Source: an uncultured virus (IMG/VR IMGVR_UViG_3300031951_000036)
Lineage: Duplodnaviria > Heunggongvirae > Uroviricota > Caudoviricetes
Length of the DNA: 64,000 nucleotides
Direction: 5' to 3' (one strand)
IMG/VR virus record: IMGVR_UViG_3300031951_000036
How positions within the stretch are numbered: position 1 is the first letter of the stretch; each line of letters starts with the position of its first letter. Below the pieces are notes generated by a model. That model worked only from the letters and a program-made list of their open reading frames with translations, was not told the DNA's origin and made no database searches. The translations under genes and the position numbers were made by a program. This document shows, piece after piece, positions 39,312 through 47,344 of the stretch.

Positions 39312-42257
39312 TTATAAAAATTCAACATCACCACCATTGGCAAGGATCTCCATCAACTCGCGATCAGTTACCATATAGCTTCCTCCTTGCCTGTACTTTT
39401 TGATGCCACCTATGCGGGCCATGTTTGCATCTGCAAAATCTTGCACAGGTGTTTGTCTTACTAAGGCAAAGTTTGGTCCAATGCCTACGTTTGTGGTGTA
39501 ATTACCATACGGATTGCTTGGGTTTACCGCGTTATACATAGCATCTGTGTTACCCAGCCTGACCATGTTTTTGTTGTAGTCTTTTGCATTTTGCTTTTCT
39601 CCAAGTACTTGGTTCAGCATACCTAAACCAATCAATGCGTTGTTTGCAGCTACAAATCCTGCGCTGTCACCATAAGATTTGTTTTGATAAGTTTGCTGCC
39701 ATTGAGCCTGGTTTGTACCCGTACCTTGCTTGTTGAAAGCAGCATACGATCCTTCTTCAGCTTCATCCTGTACACCAACACCGGTTTGACCAGACTGTTG
39801 TCTAAGCATCTGCTCAATGGGATTACCTCCAATAACAAACTTCATCAGTCCTCCATTTCTTTTCTGCTCCATTGTTTCTATTGCACCCATACCTGAACCA
39901 CCAGTGGCAGTCATGTTAGATTTTACAGGCATGTTTCCAATTTGTTGGAAAAACTGAGGAGTCAGTCCAAATACTCCAACACCAACAGTGTTTTCAGAAG
40001 GAAAGCAATTACCACCAGGGCAGCCGCTCTTTTGAACTTCCATGCGGGCAGCATCAATCTTCTGCTGGTTATCCCTCATGACATCCTCGCGCGTGCGCAC
40101 GGTGGGTTTATTATCATTGTTGCTGAACAAATAACTATCAGTTTTGTCTTTAGCAAACAGCTTCTCATATCCCAGGATAGGGCCAGATAAGCCTGCGGCA
40201 AGACCTGCAATAGCTTTTAACCCAGAGCCAAAACCTTTGTTTGGTAAATAATGAATAGGACTAAGAGGGTCTACCAGGCTGTTTGCCGTCATCAGGCCAC
40301 GGTTCCACTTGTTGTTTTCCAGGTTGCTGAGCTGTTTACTACGGGTGACATCCAAAGTAGTGTCACCTACTTTAGCAACACTATCAAAAGGACCGCCATC
40401 ATCATACATGCTTAACTCACCACCTTCTTCCCATGTACCAAAACGCTTGTGCCAGTATAATGGTGAGAATGGGTCATTAGCCTTGGCAGAGTCTTTACCA
40501 CCCATACGGTCCCAGAAACGATCTCTGCGTTTCTCAGACCCGTGCTGTGTATAATCTTTCATACCATCATACCCTCCATGTACCACTTTGTACTGGTCAC
40601 CTTTCTTTGCTAGTACCATCCACTTCTTACCAGGACGCGTGGATTCTTTTTTTACACCCACTTTGGTGAAGCCCATGTTCTTGTAACGCTCAGGGATTCC
40701 TCCGCCTTGTGCCATTTCCATCATTTCTTCAGGCTGGCCCTCTTCTCCATACTGCATGTAATCGTTTATTGCTGTGGCAGAATGGTTCATCACAGAAAGC
40801 TTGTCGCTGATCCAAGGATCTAGGTCTGTGTCCTGGCTAATAAATTTTCTCAGGTTGCTCAACCTATCCATCATAGCATTGATCTGGGTCAGCGCCATAA
40901 CTCCATCAGCTTCTCCGCCATCCGCAAAAATGTAACCACCTTGCTCTTTGGCAAAGTTCTTAGCAAAGTTGGCTTTCTTCACCATGGTTGGAGAATACTC
41001 TTCTTTGTTAGCTAGGATGTGTGAAGCGGCCTCCTGCACACTCATATTCATGCGTGTTGCTTGTGCTTTGAATGTTCCTTTTTTTGCAGGATCTAAATGT
41101 ATGCCTCCATCTTTTTTAACAACAGTAGGAGTTGTTAGCTCATCAACAAAGTGATACTTAGATGTATCAACCTTGCCAGAAAACGGTCCCTGGTAACCAG
41201 GTGTGCCAGGCACGCCACGCTCATAGTACACTGTAGTGGTGCCGTCCTCATTGGTTTTCTTCCAGCCGTAAGGTACGCGGTTGCGAATACCTACGTTGCC
41301 TCTTGTACCAGCGCGTAAATTTTCTGGAACCTTGGCATAGTCAGCATCTGTGAGTTCCATGTATAAACGCTCCATGCCGTCAAAAGGTGAAGGTTCAGGC
41401 ATAGGCACAGGTGTAGGCACAGGTATAGGCTGCGGTGGGGTTATTTCAGTCCAGCACTCATCTCCAGGTTTGCATTCACGCTTTTGCTTAATCATCCTCC
41501 GGGCAATGCTTTCACCAACACCAGGCTGAAGTAAATAATTTTGATATTGGGTAAAGTAACTACTTTCTGGCACAGGAGGCGTGCTTAAATCTGTTACACA
41601 ATTTCCTTTTCCATCTGGCACCATTCCTGGAGGGCAAGGTGATTCGCCACCCTCAGCATACATACCACCGCATTCATAGCAAGGCATACCGCCCATTCCA
41701 AATACAGGAGGCGCGTATGCACCATAGTGAACACCTCCCATTGCCTTTATTGAAGAACTCATATTTGCTTTAGGCTTGGAGTTATACACAGGAGGTGGTA
41801 AATTCAAAGCTTTTAATCCGTTAAGAAAAGCCTCTTCATTATAGTGAGTTCCTATACTATACCCTTCCTCAATCAGCCTATGAGCGTCCATGATGTCATC
41901 TGGATTAGACCAGTCCACCTTGATGCAATCTAAACAAAGATTGAAATTACCATCAGGGGTATGCATTTCTGGATCTTCTTTCCACATGTCAGGATTCTCC
42001 ATAAAAAACTTATACTCCTCCATGGCATTATCATACATGCGCTTCTTGGTAGTACCAGCCTCTTGGTATTTTTCTAAACCGCCATAGTCTCCTACCTCCA
42101 TGCCGTACTCTGCAGCTTTGCTCCAAGTACCGCCTTTGGATTTGTACCACTTGGCAGCCCAGCCATTGGCGTAAGCTGAAGGATATACGTCGAACTTTTG
42201 TTTAGCCAGTGATTTTGCTTTTGACCAAAGGCTTGGGTTATTAGGTTTGTTTGCCAT
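39312..42257 (-). CDS. Modular cargo protein made of small domains separated by xxxGG motifs
   Basis: 981 aa with more than a dozen xxxGG motifs. Modules include YPSAYANG, IHLDPAKKGTF...KKANFAKN, GVMALTQ...DPWISDK, and STRPGKKWMV...SPLYW. Confidence 0.8.
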   Translation of the reverse strand: MANKPNNPSLWSKAKSLAKQKFDVYPSAYANGWAAKWYKSKGGTWSKAAEYGMEVGDYGGLEKYQEAGTTKKRMYDNAMEEYKFFMENPDMWKEDPEMHTPDGNFNLCLDCIKVDWSNPDDIMDAHRLIEEGYSIGTHYNEEAFLNGLKALNLPPPVYNSKPKANMSSSIKAMGGVHYGAYAPPVFGMGGMPCYECGGMYAEGGESPCPPGMVPDGKGNCVTDLSTPPVPESSYFTQYQNYLLQPGVGESIARRMIKQKRECKPGDECWTEITPPQPIPVPTPVPMPEPSPFDGMERLYMELTDADYAKVPENLRAGTRGNVGIRNRVPYGWKKTNEDGTTTVYYERGVPGTPGYQGPFSGKVDTSKYHFVDELTTPTVVKKDGGIHLDPAKKGTFKAQATRMNMSVQEAASHILANKEEYSPTMVKKANFAKNFAKEQGGYIFADGGEADGVMALTQINAMMDRLSNLRKFISQDTDLDPWISDKLSVMNHSATAINDYMQYGEEGQPEEMMEMAQGGGIPERYKNMGFTKVGVKKESTRPGKKWMVLAKKGDQYKVVHGGYDGMKDYTQHGSEKRRDRFWDRMGGKDSAKANDPFSPLYWHKRFGTWEEGGELSMYDDGGPFDSVAKVGDTTLDVTRSKQLSNLENNKWNRGLMTANSLVDPLSPIHYLPNKGFGSGLKAIAGLAAGLSGPILGYEKLFAKDKTDSYLFSNNDNKPTVRTREDVMRDNQQKIDAARMEVQKSGCPGGNCFPSENTVGVGVFGLTPQFFQQIGNMPVKSNMTATGGSGMGAIETMEQKRNGGLMKFVIGGNPIEQMLRQQSGQTGVGVQDEAEEGSYAAFNKQGTGTNQAQWQQTYQNKSYGDSAGFVAANNALIGLGMLNQVLGEKQNAKDYNKNMVRLGNTDAMYNAVNPSNPYGNYTTNVGIGPNFALVRQTPVQDFADANMARIGGIKKYRQGGSYMVTDRELMEILANGGDVEFL

Positions 42258-42265
42258 AGGTATGG

Positions 42266-45200
42266 TTAGTCTCTTTTGTGATTATAGGGTATGCGCTTGC
42301 TGCTTGTCTTGGTCCTTTTAAATTTAGCCTTCTCAGAAGGACTCATCTCTGAAGAAGTCTTGGGTGTATCTTCAGACACACGCTTGGAAGGTCTGCATGC
42401 CGGGTAACTTCTATTATCCCCTTCCTGTCTGCCGCATGGTTTACCTGTTTTTACATCCACCCACTTTTCTGCAAACCAACGGTCAAGTCCACCGTGTTCT
42501 CCTCCCCCTACAAATTTACTCAATGCACCGCCAAAAGCAAAACCTTCAGGTGTAGATTCATCATTCATCATCATGCCTGCACCAATAGCTGGTACTGCAG
42601 CAGGTAGCATGCGGATGAGTTTACGCTTAGTATCAGCATCTGTTGATCCTTTAAAGAATCTGTTCAGACCTTGGTCAGTGATCATGTAATCAATTACGTC
42701 ATCGCCTGGGTTTTGCATATACTGAATGGCAGATTCCATGTCAGGAAACTGACCGCTATCCACATAGCGTTTTGCGGTATTCATGCGCGCAACCATGAGT
42801 TCAGAGTGAAGTTCTTTTGGTGATGCTTCCCAAGTACTAACTTTTCTTCTGTTCTCTTTCTTGTACGCAGGTATCTCTATGTCTTCCACCCTTTTAATCT
42901 TGTCGTCAAATTCATTGACAATCTGCTGAGCAAAATCATAGTGGTCATTAGATGACACTTTTCCTGAAGCAACATCATCGTTTAATTGCTTCAGCTTGGC
43001 AAGCTTCTCATCTCCCAAATCAATTATCTGATTTCTTAGTATTTGATGGCCTAAATCATCGGCCCATAGATTAGGTTCAACCATAGCATCTCCAAACATC
43101 TTACCTGAAGGAGTGGCATGATTGGCAAAATAGTATGGTGTTACTTGGTAATCAAATTTTGCAACAGCGTTAGACCAAGGCATTATATCATCTCCAAACT
43201 TTTGGAACGTATGCCCTGTTTCATGAGCCGATGTGTTAGCTATACCTCTTGGGTCTATTTGATAAAATCCTTGATTTCTGAGCGTGATGTTATAGTTAGG
43301 GTTATTCACTCCTAATATCTTCCCTCTGTTTTCAGCAATATACTGTCTAGCAGCATCTGGTATAGAGGCATCTTTCATCAGTTGATTTGTTCTGCTGCTT
43401 ACCAGCTTTGAAGGGTTGGTATTTAATATGTTTTCTGCCGCTTCACGTGTGCTGTTCTTGTCAAACATTAATCTAAACCTGTTGACGGTGCCAGGGTCTA
43501 ATGCTACTGCGCGGTCAACAACTTCCGACCTAATCTCACCATCAGGTCCATAAATCCAGTCTTTCACAAAATCTTCGCCTTCCTTTACAGCAGCATCCTG
43601 CTTTGCCCAGATACGCTCTCGTTGCGCCTTGGTCACTGGAAATATTTCAGAGAAAGGTCGCTCACCCTCTACCATATCAGCCAAACCATGCCCAAGACCA
43701 TACAGATGCTCATTGATACTTCCTGACTTGTTATCTTTAATAAACTTGGCCAAGGCAGATTTACCTTTTGGTTCCCATACGCTGGCTTTGTATCCATATC
43801 TGCGCAGCTTATTTGCTAAATTTGCTTTGGTAGATGCAGAAATAAGAGATGCATCTGATGCATCGTCACCAGCATTAACCACTTGTCCAACTTTACCTGC
43901 CCTACCGGTATCATCCAGCAGACCAATACCCACAATATTCTGCGGGTCCATACCTGCCAGTGCCAGCTCTTCTAAAGCTGCTGTACTTTCAGGTTGTACG
44001 TATGATTCCATGGTGCCGTATGTCATGGGCTTGGCACTCTTACCTTGTACAGCTGTACCAAGGTCTCCGCTAATTGCGCCTCTGACAAGATTGCTGGTAT
44101 AACCAAGAGGAGCAAGCGCACCCAAACGTGATGCTTGTTTTGCTTCAGCGGGTGTCAAATCCTCGTCATTGTAATCCATGCCAAACAAGTTAGCCATACC
44201 CTGGCGGAACTGCGTACCCATGTCAGGGTTTAGGTTATATCCTGCCTGTGAGTTTTGAATAATGTCCAGTTGCTCAGGTGAAAAAGACTTCATCCACTCC
44301 ACACGATTTCTGTCACCCTGTGGGTTACTTGCCAGGATTTGTTCAGCTACTTTGGTACGTGCATAATCATACGCGCGATTCTTGGATCGCTTGTCAGTAT
44401 TAGCGTTAAAGCCTAAAGCTTTTGCAAAACCAGTATTCTCTTTGCTCATCCACTCTTTTGCAAATCTGTCTAGCTCAGGAGCATACTCACCGCGATCTGC
44501 GGTAATGTTCAAAGGCTTTCTGAGATTATATACAGGTGCGTTATCTTTTGGGCTCCATGTTGTGTAGCCCTCATCAAACAAAAAGTCAAAACGTCTGTCA
44601 GAAGCGCGATCATATTTAAACTTGCGCTGACCTTCTCCAGGTTTTACAAACTTCTCAATGAACTTTTCTTTCTCATCAGCTGTAAGCTCACGGCCCTTCC
44701 TTTCCTCTTCTTTGTTAAGCATGTCAATCCACTGTTGCGCACCTTGTGAATATGCTTTCCAACCCGCTTCATATTCTGACCGCTGATCCGCATTATTCAT
44801 GCTCTGGTAATTGGCTTCAGGTGCATCAACGCTTTTGCGTTTGGGCCCACCCTTAACAAACTTCATCAAAGCAGGATTACCATAGTGCATACCTCCCTCT
44901 GCTTTAATTTCTAAAGTACTTGTAGTAGGTGAATGTTGAAACAAATTTGCATAAGCACGAACATTCTGCAAGTACTCATTATTTGCGTAAGGGCTATTAG
45001 GGTTTCTGACAACCATTTCTTCAGGACTCTCTCCTTCTTTAATTGCCTGCTCTATGGTTTTCTTATCTCCGCGTCTTAGTCGCCCTGGCATGTTATACAT
45101 GTATGGTAAGAAATCCAGGTAGTTACTACCATCCAATGCTGATGTCTCACCTTTCTCCGCAAGCCTTCTCAACTGTGGTAAATTTTGAGCATTGACTATC

Positions 45201-47344
45201 ATAGCTGCCAAAAATGCTTTCTCAGGATCGTTGTCCAATGCTTCAGGCGTAATCCCGTATTTCTCACGGTCTTCTTTGCTAAGGTTGTTGAGCTTAACCT
45301 GTGTAAGCCCGCGACTATAGTCTTCCTTTACATTCTTTTTATAAGACCCTTTTCCTTTAAAACGTGATGCTATATCCTCAGCAACAGAGTCTATTTTTCT
45401 TACAGCATCTGTTTCATCAAGTCCACCTGGCTTAGTTCCAAATCCACTCTCCTGACCATAGATACCAAAGGTGTTGGATACAATGGCGTTATACTCACGG
45501 TTACTGATGTTGTAACGCTTCATGAAGTCCAGTTTAAACTGCTCATCATTGACACGGTTCAAGATTTGGTTGAAACCTGCCGTCTTAGACAAGGCACTGT
45601 AGTCCATGTCATTATTGATTGTGTTTCCTAACAACAATCTTCCAGCAGCCTGCACATCAGGATTGCTGTTTTGCATCATGGTGGATGAGCTGTACCCTAA
45701 CGGTTCACCATCCATGGTCACAAAAGTTCTACCTTTCTCATTGAACATGCCAGGTGAATATGTCTCCCAACGACGCACCTGCCCTTTTTTGAAAAACTGA
45801 GGATCCGCCTCTTCAATCTTACCTTTTAACCAATCGCGAATACCTACGCTTTCAGAAATTAAATCAGTAGGAGCTTTGGTAATAATCTGAATACGGTCAC
45901 CGCTATACTGCTCTCTGTCTGTTTTAGTATTTACAATATATTGTTTCCTGTACATTTGGCCTCTACCAGTATTGGTAAAAGCTTCAAATGAAACCATGTT
46001 GTCACCTAGATCTTTTTGGGTATTGGGTATGACAGCTACTGCGTGATGAGGGCGTCCTTTGCCTTCCAAAAATTGAACTACTTTTACAGCGTCAGGATTT
46101 TTTATTAACGCCTTTGTGTCAAACTCAAGAGACCACCCTGGAACTTTACCATCTTTTACATCATCTTGAAATAATGAGTTTGAAAAGTATTTAACAGGCT
46201 TTCCAGAAGCATCTGTCAAGAGGGGGTTTTTATCATCTATGTTTAGTGTTCTGCACACACCAGAAATACAGCCCCATACTTTTTCTCCTTCACGTTCTGC
46301 AGCATCAAAAACACTTTGTGGAATGTAGCCGCTTTCTAATATGTCAGGATTATCTGAAGTTTCAACATAGTCAATGTTTTTTTCAAATGCACTAGCGTCA
46401 CGCTTTCCTGCTTTCAGACCATACGCATTATTGTTAATTTGGCTCTGCGTATATTGTAATCGGTTTACTAACTCAGGATCCACATACGCCCCACCTTTAG
46501 GAATAGCGTTGATACCATAACGTGACGCATCTGCAGGAATACCAGTTTCTAAACCTACTTGCGCCTTAGGTAAAAACTTTGCAAGACCCCCATAGTTTTT
46601 TACTGGCAGCTTGCTCATGTCAGGCATGTTATCATTTTCCACATCATCTACCGTGTCAAAGAAGTTGATGATTTGCTGCCAGGGTATATACTTGTAGGCC
46701 TGCTTGATTGCATCTGGATCCAGGTATTTGATCTTTCCAAACTTGCCCAATGCAGGAACAGCACTAAACATGTCCAATGCTTGTTTTACAGTTGGATATT
46801 GTTGTCCAGACATTCGCCACTCAGTATATGCTTGCTTAGCATCATCCCATGATGTGACGCCCGTTGGGTCAAAAAACTCAAGAGTATTCTCCGCAAAGTT
46901 GTCTCTATCATCTGGTGTAACAGTACGCATTGCGTATTTGTGTGGCTGCTGAAACTCCTCTGGTAATGGTTTAGTTACATCAGGAATATTGATTTTTGGT
47001 GTACTGCTTTGAGGTAAGTTGGATATCCTAGGTCCTAACTGCCTTCCGTCTTGTGCAGTAGGTAAAAACTTCTGTAGCCCACCATAACGCATTTCATACT
47101 CATCTACATACTGAGCGCCTGGAAATTGTACACGTGTTTCATCATAAGGTTCCAGCACTGTTTCAATACCGTTGTCACTCACAGCTTTGATGCGATGTGG
47201 AGTAGGATTGTAAAGCGTGTCAGAAGGAATGCGGTAATTCATGCCCGCAGGGGGTGCTCCATTTAAGAACCCTTCATTGCTGACCATCGGCTGCGTTTGC
47301 TGCTGAGAGGCAATGAACTTCATCAATACATCTTTGTTAAACAT
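42266..47344 (-). CDS. Polyvalent virion protein: putative Cys/His peptidase, lytic transglycosylase and zincin domains
   Basis: GCISGVC...HHAVAV (CHAP/NlpC-like); GIYGQESGFG...SRGLTQVK...MYN (SLT/lysozyme-like); AHETGH...ELHSE (zincin); C-terminal GLDRWFAEKW module. Confidence 0.75.
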   Translation of the reverse strand: MFNKDVLMKFIASQQQTQPMVSNEGFLNGAPPAGMNYRIPSDTLYNPTPHRIKAVSDNGIETVLEPYDETRVQFPGAQYVDEYEMRYGGLQKFLPTAQDGRQLGPRISNLPQSSTPKINIPDVTKPLPEEFQQPHKYAMRTVTPDDRDNFAENTLEFFDPTGVTSWDDAKQAYTEWRMSGQQYPTVKQALDMFSAVPALGKFGKIKYLDPDAIKQAYKYIPWQQIINFFDTVDDVENDNMPDMSKLPVKNYGGLAKFLPKAQVGLETGIPADASRYGINAIPKGGAYVDPELVNRLQYTQSQINNNAYGLKAGKRDASAFEKNIDYVETSDNPDILESGYIPQSVFDAAEREGEKVWGCISGVCRTLNIDDKNPLLTDASGKPVKYFSNSLFQDDVKDGKVPGWSLEFDTKALIKNPDAVKVVQFLEGKGRPHHAVAVIPNTQKDLGDNMVSFEAFTNTGRGQMYRKQYIVNTKTDREQYSGDRIQIITKAPTDLISESVGIRDWLKGKIEEADPQFFKKGQVRRWETYSPGMFNEKGRTFVTMDGEPLGYSSSTMMQNSNPDVQAAGRLLLGNTINNDMDYSALSKTAGFNQILNRVNDEQFKLDFMKRYNISNREYNAIVSNTFGIYGQESGFGTKPGGLDETDAVRKIDSVAEDIASRFKGKGSYKKNVKEDYSRGLTQVKLNNLSKEDREKYGITPEALDNDPEKAFLAAMIVNAQNLPQLRRLAEKGETSALDGSNYLDFLPYMYNMPGRLRRGDKKTIEQAIKEGESPEEMVVRNPNSPYANNEYLQNVRAYANLFQHSPTTSTLEIKAEGGMHYGNPALMKFVKGGPKRKSVDAPEANYQSMNNADQRSEYEAGWKAYSQGAQQWIDMLNKEEERKGRELTADEKEKFIEKFVKPGEGQRKFKYDRASDRRFDFLFDEGYTTWSPKDNAPVYNLRKPLNITADRGEYAPELDRFAKEWMSKENTGFAKALGFNANTDKRSKNRAYDYARTKVAEQILASNPQGDRNRVEWMKSFSPEQLDIIQNSQAGYNLNPDMGTQFRQGMANLFGMDYNDEDLTPAEAKQASRLGALAPLGYTSNLVRGAISGDLGTAVQGKSAKPMTYGTMESYVQPESTAALEELALAGMDPQNIVGIGLLDDTGRAGKVGQVVNAGDDASDASLISASTKANLANKLRRYGYKASVWEPKGKSALAKFIKDNKSGSINEHLYGLGHGLADMVEGERPFSEIFPVTKAQRERIWAKQDAAVKEGEDFVKDWIYGPDGEIRSEVVDRAVALDPGTVNRFRLMFDKNSTREAAENILNTNPSKLVSSRTNQLMKDASIPDAARQYIAENRGKILGVNNPNYNITLRNQGFYQIDPRGIANTSAHETGHTFQKFGDDIMPWSNAVAKFDYQVTPYYFANHATPSGKMFGDAMVEPNLWADDLGHQILRNQIIDLGDEKLAKLKQLNDDVASGKVSSNDHYDFAQQIVNEFDDKIKRVEDIEIPAYKKENRRKVSTWEASPKELHSELMVARMNTAKRYVDSGQFPDMESAIQYMQNPGDDVIDYMITDQGLNRFFKGSTDADTKRKLIRMLPAAVPAIGAGMMMNDESTPEGFAFGGALSKFVGGGEHGGLDRWFAEKWVDVKTGKPCGRQEGDNRSYPACRPSKRVSEDTPKTSSEMSPSEKAKFKRTKTSSKRIPYNHKRD

